Origin: a virus
Lineage: Duplodnaviria; Caudoviricetes
DNA length: 58,295 nt
Direction: 5' to 3' (one strand)
IMG/VR virus record: IMGVR_UViG_3300049489_000494
Coordinates: 1-58,295 of that record
Both the position numbers and the translations under genes were made by a program. This document shows, in pieces, positions 38,446 through 47,867 of the stretch (the first letter of the stretch is position 1; each line of letters begins with the position of its first letter). The notes beneath the pieces are model-generated. The model made no database searches and had not been told where the DNA came from. It saw only the letters and a list, made by a program, of their open reading frames with translations.

Positions 38446-40317
38446 TTAAATACTAACCTTCGTTATTCTAAACAAAGTACTTTGATTCACAGTTGCCTGT
38501 GGTGTTGTATCTGTATGAGCTCTAATTATATCACCAGATATCGCTTCAAAAGTAACCGATATCGCCCCCTCATCTGTAGATACTGATCTAACAAGTCCTA
38601 GCCTATGTGAATTTGTAATAGAGAGAATAGTTGTAGTAAGTTGATTAGAATTCTTCGAGATACCGAAAGTAGAACCAGCTGCAGTATTTCTATCAACATA
38701 GGTTACTGAGTATATTCCATCCTCATTAATTGTGAATGATCCACCATTAGTTGCGCTATCAGCATAGGTAATAGCTGTCCCTACACTTCTAACAGTTGTT
38801 GTAAATCTTCGTATATTTGTATTAGTAGATCCATGGCCATTACCAGCCGTAACCCAAACTTCACTTATAGTCTTATATTTCTCGAACCATTCAATTACAC
38901 GCCATCCCTCTGCAGAATTATAATATACAAGAGTAATGGTAGCACCGTTTACCTTCATAGTTAGATCTGTTGCAGATCCCATAATATTCAGACCATTACG
39001 AGCTACTATGATATTATTAGTAGCATGTGTATCCTCTGGATCTACTATTCGTATTGTATCTCCAATTACAGCAGATGCAGGTAGTGTGATAGTGAATGCT
39101 CCACCAGATGAATCTGCGAATAGATTATCACCAGCTACTGCAGTATAATTAGCTGTCTTAGTTACCCACGTGAATACTGGGGCAGATTGAGATACGAAGG
39201 AGAGATTACCACTACCATCAGTTCTCATCAATTGACCACTAGTTCCATCGGCTACTGGTAATGTGAATTCTACTGAGGTAGCTCCAGCTGGTCCCTTCAG
39301 TCCTGTGAATCCAGTATCACCTGAATTGTTGAACTTGAGAGGATTACCAGATCTAACCTGAGGTCCTCCACTTGAGGTAGATAGTAGTGCGTCTTGATAT
39401 GTCTTACTAGTCAATGTCTGACTAGCATCTGTAGTTACTATTGTAGATGAGTTAGGCAGTGAGTTACCAGAGATAACAACACCTGATGCATCCCTACGTA
39501 TCACCTTATCTGCATCACCTAGTACTGTCTTCAATGTCGATAATGCAAGATCTTGCACTGTGTTATTATCACCATCTATAGTCTTACCTGTGAGTGTCTG
39601 ACTGGCATCCGTTGTAACTATTGTAGATGAGTTAGGTAGGGAGTTACCTGATATTACAATCCCAGAAGCATCCCTACGTATCACCTTGTCAGCATCTGCA
39701 AGTTGAGTCTTCAACGAAGTGAGAGCTAGGTCCTGTACTATATTGTCATCCCCATCAATAGTCTTATTGCTGAGAGTCTGAGTTCCATCGGTTGTGACTA
39801 GATTACCAGCACCTACAGTACCTGCAGTTCCTAACTTCTGGAATTCACCATTATCAACACTGCCATTTGCTATCTTAGTAGCGTCTATTGCAGCTCCAGA
39901 TTTGATATCGGCATCTTCTATATTAGTTACTGTATTCTGGTCAGCATCGATCGTCTTATTAGTCAATGTCTGACTATCAGTTGTACCAACAACATCGCCC
40001 CCAGGCACTGCCTTGGAGGATGATATCACAACACCAGATCCATTCCTATTCAGGAACTTATTGGCATCAGTTACATTGGTTTTCAGACTCGATAACGCAA
40101 TATCCTGCAATGTATTATCGTCGCCATCTATCGTTTTCCCTGTGAGTGTCTGACTGGAGGAGGCAGATGTCAACACCTGATCTGAATCACCTGGAGGTAG
40201 TTGGAAGTCACGTGCAGCTGTATATGTAGTAGACTGACTAGGACGGAGAGTTATCTCCTGATTATTCTTGCGGAATATTGTAGCTACTAGTTCTCTGATA
40301 CTACCGAATATCTTCAT
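38446..40317 (-). CDS. tail fibre protein
   Basis: Repeated QTLTxKTI units; ADSSGGAFTITLPASAVIGD domain; directly upstream of the chaperone. Confidence 0.8.
   Translation of the reverse strand: MKIFGSIRELVATIFRKNNQEITLRPSQSTTYTAARDFQLPPGDSDQVLTSASSSQTLTGKTIDGDDNTLQDIALSSLKTNVTDANKFLNRNGSGVVISSSKAVPGGDVVGTTDSQTLTNKTIDADQNTVTNIEDADIKSGAAIDATKIANGSVDNGEFQKLGTAGTVGAGNLVTTDGTQTLSNKTIDGDDNIVQDLALTSLKTQLADADKVIRRDASGIVISGNSLPNSSTIVTTDASQTLTGKTIDGDNNTVQDLALSTLKTVLGDADKVIRRDASGVVISGNSLPNSSTIVTTDASQTLTSKTYQDALLSTSSGGPQVRSGNPLKFNNSGDTGFTGLKGPAGATSVEFTLPVADGTSGQLMRTDGSGNLSFVSQSAPVFTWVTKTANYTAVAGDNLFADSSGGAFTITLPASAVIGDTIRIVDPEDTHATNNIIVARNGLNIMGSATDLTMKVNGATITLVYYNSAEGWRVIEWFEKYKTISEVWVTAGNGHGSTNTNIRRFTTTVRSVGTAITYADSATNGGSFTINEDGIYSVTYVDRNTAAGSTFGISKNSNQLTTTILSITNSHRLGLVRSVSTDEGAISVTFEAISGDIIRAHTDTTPQATVNQSTLFRITKVSI
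39415..39780 (-). repeat. tandem duplication of about 180 bp (60 aa) inside the tail fibre gene
   Basis: DADKVIRRDASG.VISGNSLPNSSTIVTTDASQTLT occurs twice, with synonymous divergence. Confidence 0.85.
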
Positions 40318-40437
40318 CTATTAATTACCCCCAGAGTGTTGATGCACTCGATATACTTATACTGTCTATACTACAGTATACATTATTCATACTCAGTCGT
40401 CTAGCATTAATTCCACTAGGTATAGCTGAGTTCTACA

Positions 40438-40467
40438 CAGTCTGGCCTAGTTAATTAGACCAGACTG
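40438..40467 (-). terminator. stem-loop downstream of ORF 40518-41654
   Basis: cagtctgg...ccagactg inverted repeat; no U-tract. Confidence 0.5.
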
Positions 40468-40517
40468 CATATTATCTACATATTACTCAATATTCCTATA
40501 TTGACGAGGAATCCTAG

Positions 40518-41654
40518 TTATTCCTTGTTGGCACATTCCCTAATCATTACAGTATAATCAGCACTAGGTGCCTCAGTAGCAGTTAGAGTGACTTGGTTGA
40601 CAGAATCACGTTGTACGCTATCTAGATATATAGTATTGTAATTAGAGTCATATACCTCAACCATGATGTAACGAGTATTCCAGTTATGTACAACTGAGAA
40701 TGAAGTACCAGATGACCATGTACTAATCTTAGATCTGAGAGCAGTACTAGCATAGTCTAACTTATCAGTATTAACTGAGTCATTAGCCAACTTCGCAGTA
40801 GTAACATTGCTATCTAATATCTTAATTGTAGTAACAGAGTCTGAGGCTAACTCACTAGCTCCAACTGAACCATCTACGATCTTACTTGCATCTACTGAGT
40901 TAGAGGCTAACTTAGCCAACGTTACGTTAGCATCTAAGATCTTCACAGTAGTTACTGAATTACTAGCTAACTTCGCCTCAGTAACAGCTAGAGCAACTAA
41001 CTCAGCAGTATTGACGGAATCATCAGCCATCTTAGCATTAGTAACTGAGTCAGAGGCTAATTCATTAGCAGTAATACCACTAGTACTAACCTTGAGGCCA
41101 GATCCAGATGAGGTTAGAGTGGATCCATCTAACTTAGCTGATATAGATTCAGAGCCTGGTGTAGATACGAACTGTAGACCATTACCGATATCGGCATCTG
41201 CCCAGTTAGTTCCATTGTACATTACAATATCACCAGCAGCAGCTCCACCTAGAGATACATCCTGTAAATCATCGAAGTATGGAATTGAGGAGGAATCAGT
41301 TACCCATGCACTACCATTATATGAATAGAATGCATTAGAATCACGATCCCACGACTTAGCACCCTCACCATAGACAGATGCATCGAATGCAATACGGAAT
41401 TCACTAGATGCAGAGACATACTCAACGATGTCACCATTACCTAGAGTAGCTGCAGTTCCACCAATCAACTTATTGATAGTACCGAAGTTGGCATGGAGTG
41501 AACCTGAGTTACTAATGATATAACGTGTACCATTAGTTGGAGATGCTCCTGGATCCAGAGTATTATCCTGTTGGATATCACTCACGTCCTCCTGGAATGA
41601 GAAGTTACGTGCGGTCAGACGGCCTAGAATGTCCACATTTGCATTGAATAACAT
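40518..41654 (-). CDS. fibre-like virion protein with 10-aa SVTxxK(L/I) repeats
   Basis: DSVTNAKMA/NSVTTVKIL decapeptide repeats; C-terminal HNWNT...VEVYD domain. Confidence 0.7.
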   Translation of the reverse strand: MLFNANVDILGRLTARNFSFQEDVSDIQQDNTLDPGASPTNGTRYIISNSGSLHANFGTINKLIGGTAATLGNGDIVEYVSASSEFRIAFDASVYGEGAKSWDRDSNAFYSYNGSAWVTDSSSIPYFDDLQDVSLGGAAAGDIVMYNGTNWADADIGNGLQFVSTPGSESISAKLDGSTLTSSGSGLKVSTSGITANELASDSVTNAKMADDSVNTAELVALAVTEAKLASNSVTTVKILDANVTLAKLASNSVDASKIVDGSVGASELASDSVTTIKILDSNVTTAKLANDSVNTDKLDYASTALRSKISTWSSGTSFSVVHNWNTRYIMVEVYDSNYNTIYLDSVQRDSVNQVTLTATEAPSADYTVMIRECANKE

Positions 41655-41656
41655 AG

Positions 41657-42331
41657 TTATACCTCCTTCAGGTATACCCTATATCCTGCAGATGGAGGTG
41701 GTTCCACTGAGGTTAGGGTTAATTGATTATTATTATTGTAGATCACTGTATTAATAGTGACGAATGCTTGTTGTTGATTATCATAGACAGATACATCTAT
41801 ATCTGTAGTATTGAATCCATGTGTTATTGATTTAGATATACCCTCAGCTATAGACCATGTAACTGCTAGGGTTTGCCCCCCAGTAGATGCTAGGTTATTA
41901 ACCCAATACCACTGTCCTGCTCCATCTGTAGCTAGTATCTGACCACTAGTACCATCTCCATTAGGGAGTATGAACTGTGTGGATGTACTCACTACTGCAG
42001 GAGCTCTGAGTCCTACATAGTGTGAGTTATCGCTATCCCTGAATCTGAGCTCACCAGCTCCCATTATCGATGTGCGGGATGCATACACACTGAGATCCCC
42101 TATAGTATGATCATTCCGACCTATACGTATATCGCCCCCGACACCAGATCCGCCAATGTCAGACGAGTTAGGCTCGATCTCTATATCTATTCTCGATCTA
42201 ATCCTAGTACTACCAATTGTAGTAGTAGTGAATTGTGCTCCGAGTGCATCGAGACGCTCTAGATTCTGTCTAGCCTCTGATGTCAGCTCATCTGATATGA
42301 TTAGTTTTAGATTGGGTGTCCTAGTTGTCAT
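41657..42331 (-). CDS. virion fibre/accessory protein
   Basis: MTTRTPNLKL N-terminus; LPNGDGTSGQILATDGAG motif shared with the tail fibre; HGFNT...VSVYD domain shared with ORF 40518. Confidence 0.65.
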   Translation of the reverse strand: MTTRTPNLKLIISDELTSEARQNLERLDALGAQFTTTTIGSTRIRSRIDIEIEPNSSDIGGSGVGGDIRIGRNDHTIGDLSVYASRTSIMGAGELRFRDSDNSHYVGLRAPAVVSTSTQFILPNGDGTSGQILATDGAGQWYWVNNLASTGGQTLAVTWSIAEGISKSITHGFNTTDIDVSVYDNQQQAFVTINTVIYNNNNQLTLTSVEPPPSAGYRVYLKEV

Positions 42332-42401
42332 TGTTTAGCTTATTAATGAGATTCGGAGTACGTGTAGCCATATATTAATTAGTCCGCTAGTTGTTAACTG
42401 A

Positions 42402-42431
42402 GTTGGGTAGAGCCTCACAGCCCTACCCAAC
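42402..42431 (-). terminator. strong stem-loop right after the major capsid gene
   Basis: gttgggtag...ctacccaac 9-bp perfect arms, extended by G-U pairing on the - strand; no U-tract. Confidence 0.65.
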
Positions 42432-42440
42432 GATTAATTA

Positions 42441-43823
42441 CTAGATAGTGAAGTTATGTAATACGCCAATTGCAGCAGGGTGCTTACAGATGAGTACACA
42501 TAATCCTTGTAGATATGATACTACAGAGTTAACATGTCCACCAGTAGGACCTGGCTTGAGGTGGAAGTCTGACATATCATTAGCCTTGACAGTCTCGAAA
42601 TCAGATCCCCAATATTCCAATACCTTCTTACCATTACTACCAGCTTCTGGGAGGATATATAGACGCTTCTTAGGACAATACTCAGATGTATAAGTCTCAA
42701 CAACGTCATTACCATGGACATATGCGAAGTACTTAATACCTCTCTTATTATCATCCACAGTTTGGAATCGTCGATCGTCCTCACGTGATTCGATGAGTGA
42801 TGCATGAGCCTCTGGAGCCATTGCCATCATCTTCCATTTATACATATCCTGACCTACAGCAACCTTGAGATTGTCTAGACACTTCTGGATATACTTAACA
42901 TCGATTGGTTGATTACCGGCATCCTGACGACTACCAGCACTTGCACCACTCATAGTGATACCATGTACTAATCTACCATCATTAGCAGCTAGAGATTCTA
43001 ATCCTGCGAATACCTCAGTTAGAGTTCCATAGTCGAATCCTGTTGCAGTTAAATCTGGGAATGTAGGCTGACCATATCGGTAGAATACATCTCCAGCATC
43101 TGGCTGAGTAGTAATTGAGGTTAACACGATAGGAGCTAAGTTAGAATCCAATCCCTGTAGAGTTACCTTATTATTCTCTCTATCCTTACTGATAACTGAC
43201 CAGTATGTAGGAGTAGATGGAGCTGTTACGATAGCTGATGCAGTTGCATCATTATCCTTGAGCACTAGGATATCGCCATATTCAAAGAATCCAACGAATC
43301 CACGAGCTGAATCAGATGCGTCCTCTAATTGGAATACAACATTAGATCCACTGAGAACTGCTGGAGTAGCAGATGCATCAACCTGACCCATTACGCCAGA
43401 TCCATCACCGTATAGATCAGCAGAGAGTCTGCGCTTACTAGCAGATGTCTTACTCATGATCTCTAGAGCTAGAGGTTCTGCATACTTCTCAGGGGACTTA
43501 CGTGCTCTATCCCAGAGGTTATACTCTAGTTCAATAGTAGCATTAATCTCCTTGAATTTCGCAGTATGCTCACTAACTGAGATCTGCTGTGCATTAGGGA
43601 ATGATCTACCAGATGTTCCCGGATTCCTGTATTGAATTGCGCCAGGACCGAATGAATTCTGGAATGAGAATCTAATCTCACGAGCTGCTGTATTACCGAT
43701 TCTATTACGATAGATATACTCCCAATCACGGAAGTCCTGACTGATCTGATTACGAACTCCATCACTGAATACGATCTGGAGCAACTTACCTAGATTCAAC
43801 GAATCTATATTACTGAATGACAT
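42441..43823 (-). CDS. major capsid protein
   Basis: 460 aa after portal and scaffold; LYGDGSG motif; followed by a strong hairpin. Confidence 0.8.
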   Translation of the reverse strand: MSFSNIDSLNLGKLLQIVFSDGVRNQISQDFRDWEYIYRNRIGNTAAREIRFSFQNSFGPGAIQYRNPGTSGRSFPNAQQISVSEHTAKFKEINATIELEYNLWDRARKSPEKYAEPLALEIMSKTSASKRRLSADLYGDGSGVMGQVDASATPAVLSGSNVVFQLEDASDSARGFVGFFEYGDILVLKDNDATASAIVTAPSTPTYWSVISKDRENNKVTLQGLDSNLAPIVLTSITTQPDAGDVFYRYGQPTFPDLTATGFDYGTLTEVFAGLESLAANDGRLVHGITMSGASAGSRQDAGNQPIDVKYIQKCLDNLKVAVGQDMYKWKMMAMAPEAHASLIESREDDRRFQTVDDNKRGIKYFAYVHGNDVVETYTSEYCPKKRLYILPEAGSNGKKVLEYWGSDFETVKANDMSDFHLKPGPTGGHVNSVVSYLQGLCVLICKHPAAIGVLHNFTI

Positions 43824-43905
43824 ATTATTATTCCTATTCTGCTCATTCTAATGAGCTAATTAATTAATTCGAAGTTATGAGGGGGTGATCTAACCATTAG
43901 ATCTA

Positions 43906-45075
43906 CTACCCGAATAACTTACCATAGCGACCCCAATTCTTGAGGAGCGAACCGATATCACCCTTCTTAATCAGACCACGAGCCTCCGATGCTGAACCTG
44001 ATCCTTGGATACCATTCACTACTCTATGTTGGGCATTCTCTGTAGCTTCCTTCTTCTTAGTAGCTACTACCTGATCAACCTTCTTGTCACTCTCCTTCTT
44101 GACAATACGTTGAATTGATACAGCTACATCTCGGAATTCTCGATTGATTAGATCAGGAGTTAACTCGATCTCATCAGGATATTCCTCTAATCGCTTCATA
44201 GCTCTATTCCATAGTAGATCATTGAGGAGTTGCTCATTCTGTGTATCACCTAACTTCCCTACGAATGAATTCTTAGTGAATGCAGGGTGAATCATTGATG
44301 TTAGAGCCTGTTCTTCTGTTTGCTGCTTAGTTCTAGTCATTTGTTGCTTGAATTCATCATTCTCAGCAGCCATCTTATCTAGACGAGCCTGTAATTCTGC
44401 CTGTTGCTTCTGGGAGTCTAGGAGTCGTAGTTGCTCAGGTGTAGCCTTCGCTCTGAATTCTCTCTCCTTAACCTGACTATCCATGAATTCATTGAATGCA
44501 GTCTCACGACCCTCCAATAGATTCACTATACCAGCCACACCCTGTGACTTATATGCAGATTCCATAGCATTCCAGTTATTACTGATCTCAGTATACTTCG
44601 GCTCTATTTCCTTGAGTTTAGACTGAGCCTGATCTCTCTCGACCTGCCATTTCCTAGCACCATGAGCCATCTGTACATATTTCTTGAGGCGATCCTTATC
44701 TGCGAAGTTGATATCAACTGATCTACGTCCCTTGTCATCTGTAATAGTGACACTCTCGATGTCGGTCGATTTCTCCTCTGGTGTCTTAGCTTCTGACTTG
44801 TTGCTAGATAACTCAGTGGATTCTGGGGATTTCGCTACCTTATTCGGGCTATTACCTGAATTACTAGTAGCCACTTCTGTCTGATCGGATTCCTGTTTAG
44901 ACCCATTCAATAGGGAGTCTAGAGTAGATTCAGTAGACATTGCATCTACATTCTCGCTCTCAACTATAAATTCTGGATCAATCTGTGCTCCAGTCTCGCC
45001 ATATACAGCTACTCCTGGATCCTTACCCTGCGATACCGCTCCAACCGCCTTCGCAATTACATCTGTCAATGCCAT
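43906..45075 (-). CDS. capsid scaffolding protein
   Basis: Acidic disordered N-terminus, long charged helices; between portal and capsid. Confidence 0.7.
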   Translation of the reverse strand: MALTDVIAKAVGAVSQGKDPGVAVYGETGAQIDPEFIVESENVDAMSTESTLDSLLNGSKQESDQTEVATSNSGNSPNKVAKSPESTELSSNKSEAKTPEEKSTDIESVTITDDKGRRSVDINFADKDRLKKYVQMAHGARKWQVERDQAQSKLKEIEPKYTEISNNWNAMESAYKSQGVAGIVNLLEGRETAFNEFMDSQVKEREFRAKATPEQLRLLDSQKQQAELQARLDKMAAENDEFKQQMTRTKQQTEEQALTSMIHPAFTKNSFVGKLGDTQNEQLLNDLLWNRAMKRLEEYPDEIELTPDLINREFRDVAVSIQRIVKKESDKKVDQVVATKKKEATENAQHRVVNGIQGSGSASEARGLIKKGDIGSLLKNWGRYGKLFG

Positions 45076-45196
45076 ATAACTAACTCCTGATATTCGTCCA
45101 TATCCTATGGATATCGATGGAATATCTCAATATTGTCCGTAGGAGTCCCTCACTATGATGGATATCCTATTGTGTATATATTGTGTATATCTCTAT

Positions 45197-45225
45197 ATTA
45201 TATCACATTTATAGTCTAGTGTCAA
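45197..45225 (-). promoter_or_regulatory. consensus sigma70 promoter for the scaffold-capsid operon
   Basis: - strand reads TTGACA-17 bp-TATAAT with extended -10 TG. Confidence 0.85.
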
Positions 45226-45256
45226 TAGTATAATCATTGTATTATCTATACACATA

Positions 45257-47278
45257 TTATCCATTAGGTATCGGAGGTAATTCCGCAATAGCTGCCTGTT
45301 CCCCAGTATTACCAGCTACTGGGGGCATCGGACCTGCCATACCATCTGGCCCTGGAACTCCTGGACCTCCTGGCATCATCCCAGGCTGACCCTGACCCAT
45401 ACCACTTCGCTCCTGTGCAGCTATAGCAGCTCTATCATTAATATGCTGTATTATTAGAGGCTTGAGTGAGTCTTCCAAGTACTTATATTCCACAGTCATT
45501 ACATACTGTAGAGCATATGCCATCATATTCTCATGATCCTGTAACTGCTCTGGTGGTATATATGAACCAGTACTAATCATCTCCTCGAATATCTCCCTCT
45601 GACGATCCTCAGCTAATTGCATCATATCGTAGAGGCCCTCCAGCTCGTTCAACTTCATCATTTTCAATGAGACACGAGTTGGAACACCTGCCTTCTCGAA
45701 TAGAGGTTGGAGTGATAGGATCTCCTCACGTCTAGTCATTGGATCTAGAGATAGAGAGGCACCATACTCAACTACAATATCGAAGCCACCATCTATATCA
45801 GCTCCACGTATATCTACTGATTCTAGAGCCTTCTCCCTACCTAATACCTGTATCGTATGAGTAGTAGTCCAGTGCTTCTGTATGAGTGATAGGTAGCTCT
45901 TATATACAGCCTCAACGAATAGTACATACTTATTGAAGAGTCTACGTCTGATCATATTACCCTGATTAGTGGCATACTGCATGGAGAATCCAGATTGCTC
46001 ACGTGACTGCTGACCGAACATCGCCTCATTGACTCCAGACATATCATCTATACCTAGACGAATCTGATCTCTGAGTTGATTAACTGCGGGAGGTAGCGGC
46101 ATTGGTTCCATGAAGTGTGGAGGTTGTACTCCTGTGATTCGAATTACATCCCACGGTGAATTGGTGATGGAGTCGTCACTGATCTCAGCACCCTCTGGTA
46201 GGATAATCCTAGGTATTCCATGTGCCTGAACTGCATCTAGTATACTGGAGTCGAGACGACTGAGGATATCCTGTGGTCCTGTTATGTAGTCTACGAATGA
46301 GGCTCCCCACACACGATGCGCTATGTCTATATCTGTGAATATATGGTATGGTAATCTAGCCCTCTCAGGCATTTTCGAGATACCCTGCAATGTCTTCGCC
46401 TTCCCTGTACTGAATCTGAATGGGTTAGCCCCCACCTGACCTAATACAGTACCATCTGATAGGCAATAACAGAATCTACCTAGATACCCATTAGTAGGGA
46501 GACCTGTCTCCCAATACTCGTATATCTCAACCACATCATACTTAGAATCATCTAGAGTAGAATCATTAGCAGTACTACTTGGTGTACTACTACCACTACC
46601 ACCCTGAATGCGTGTCCTATCTATCAGCTCTCGATACTCAGGCCACTGGAATAGAGCCTCCTCGTATGGAATATAGCGTCTCTCGAATACATATCTAACC
46701 TCATCCCATGAGGATGGATCTGGATCTATGAACATGTTCCATGGCGATGGATTGACGAATGAGAGCTCTCCTTCCAGGGTTAACTCACCAGACTCATCGA
46801 TGTCAATAATATCACCCCTATTAGAGTCCCATATAGTCTTCATGAATCCTGAGCCATATAATAGAGTATCTAGTGATACCTGATCTATTCTCTCCTGCAT
46901 TTTATACTGTCTAATACCATAACGAACTAGACGATCTGCAGCATCCGCCTTCCTCCTATCATCCTGATCATTACTAGTAGGTCTAGCTATAACAGATGGA
47001 GGATTAGCTGATAACTGAGCATGTATGAATCTGAGATTCTTGAATGCATATATTAGGGATAGTGATGCACCTGAATTATTAGGTGCTGAGTCATCACCAA
47101 TTCCTGGATAGAATGTAGATAGAGGATTACGATGATTAGCTCCCTCAGTACCGTAGACAGTCCTCTCTGCTTCCTCCCACTTCCTCTGCATATCCTGCTT
47201 AGATTGAGTAGCATTCCTGAGTCTCCTCTGGAGATTCTGCTTCGCTAGATCAGCTGTCCATGGTTGTATCTTAGCCAT
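45257..47278 (-). CDS. portal protein
   Basis: 673 aa after the terminase; LLYGSGFMKTIWD, SPWNMFIDP, VEIYEYW, DMSGVNEAMFGQ; Gly/Pro/Met-rich tail. Confidence 0.88.
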   Translation of the reverse strand: MAKIQPWTADLAKQNLQRRLRNATQSKQDMQRKWEEAERTVYGTEGANHRNPLSTFYPGIGDDSAPNNSGASLSLIYAFKNLRFIHAQLSANPPSVIARPTSNDQDDRRKADAADRLVRYGIRQYKMQERIDQVSLDTLLYGSGFMKTIWDSNRGDIIDIDESGELTLEGELSFVNPSPWNMFIDPDPSSWDEVRYVFERRYIPYEEALFQWPEYRELIDRTRIQGGSGSSTPSSTANDSTLDDSKYDVVEIYEYWETGLPTNGYLGRFCYCLSDGTVLGQVGANPFRFSTGKAKTLQGISKMPERARLPYHIFTDIDIAHRVWGASFVDYITGPQDILSRLDSSILDAVQAHGIPRIILPEGAEISDDSITNSPWDVIRITGVQPPHFMEPMPLPPAVNQLRDQIRLGIDDMSGVNEAMFGQQSREQSGFSMQYATNQGNMIRRRLFNKYVLFVEAVYKSYLSLIQKHWTTTHTIQVLGREKALESVDIRGADIDGGFDIVVEYGASLSLDPMTRREEILSLQPLFEKAGVPTRVSLKMMKLNELEGLYDMMQLAEDRQREIFEEMISTGSYIPPEQLQDHENMMAYALQYVMTVEYKYLEDSLKPLIIQHINDRAAIAAQERSGMGQGQPGMMPGGPGVPGPDGMAGPMPPVAGNTGEQAAIAELPPIPNG

Positions 47279-47280
47279 TG

Positions 47281-47706
47281 TTATTCACTCCGCTTCTTAC
47301 TATTATCACTATTACTACTACTAGTACTACTAGATAGAGCTTTACTTGCTTGTAATTGTGCCCTGAGCTCGGACATACGAGCTGGATTGAGATTGACACC
47401 ACGATGATCTAATTGCCCATATCTCATTAATATAGGATCCATCATACATAGAAGTTCAATCTCTCTATTACTCAACTTCTTCTTACTCATCAGACGATTA
47501 TATAGACCACGTACTAGATCCCACTCATATTCAGAATCATATCCAGATTCAATCATCTCTAGAGATTCTCGTATAATCTCCTCCGGTGTCTGTCTACTAC
47601 TACTACTCTGCTTAGGTGTAGCTACTACAGGTTCTGGAGTAGGTGTCTCTATCATTATCTGTATAACTTGCCTACGTGATTTCCTATTACTACCAGGTGT
47701 ATGCAT
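47281..47706 (-). CDS. hypothetical protein
   Basis: GGAGG RBS; between terminase and portal. Confidence 0.65.
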   Translation of the reverse strand: MHTPGSNRKSRRQVIQIMIETPTPEPVVATPKQSSSSRQTPEEIIRESLEMIESGYDSEYEWDLVRGLYNRLMSKKKLSNREIELLCMMDPILMRYGQLDHRGVNLNPARMSELRAQLQASKALSSSTSSSNSDNSKKRSE

Positions 47707-47711
47707 AGTAG

Positions 47712-47867
47712 TTACTGCCTCCAGTTATTAGTGAATTTAATATTGAGTAGATTGCGACGAATCTCTGCCATCTCATTCCTGAGTCTCATATTACGCCACA
47801 TTATTAGTACGTTAATAGGTAACATTATATGTAGTGAGAATATTAGTGCAATAATTAACGATTCCAT
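47712..47867 (-). CDS. small membrane protein (51 aa, MESLIIALIFSLHIML...)
   Basis: Open frame read manually; AGGAG upstream; fills the gap. Confidence 0.45.
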   Translation of the reverse strand: MESLIIALIFSLHIMLPINVLIMWRNMRLRNEMAEIRRNLLNIKFTNNWRQ

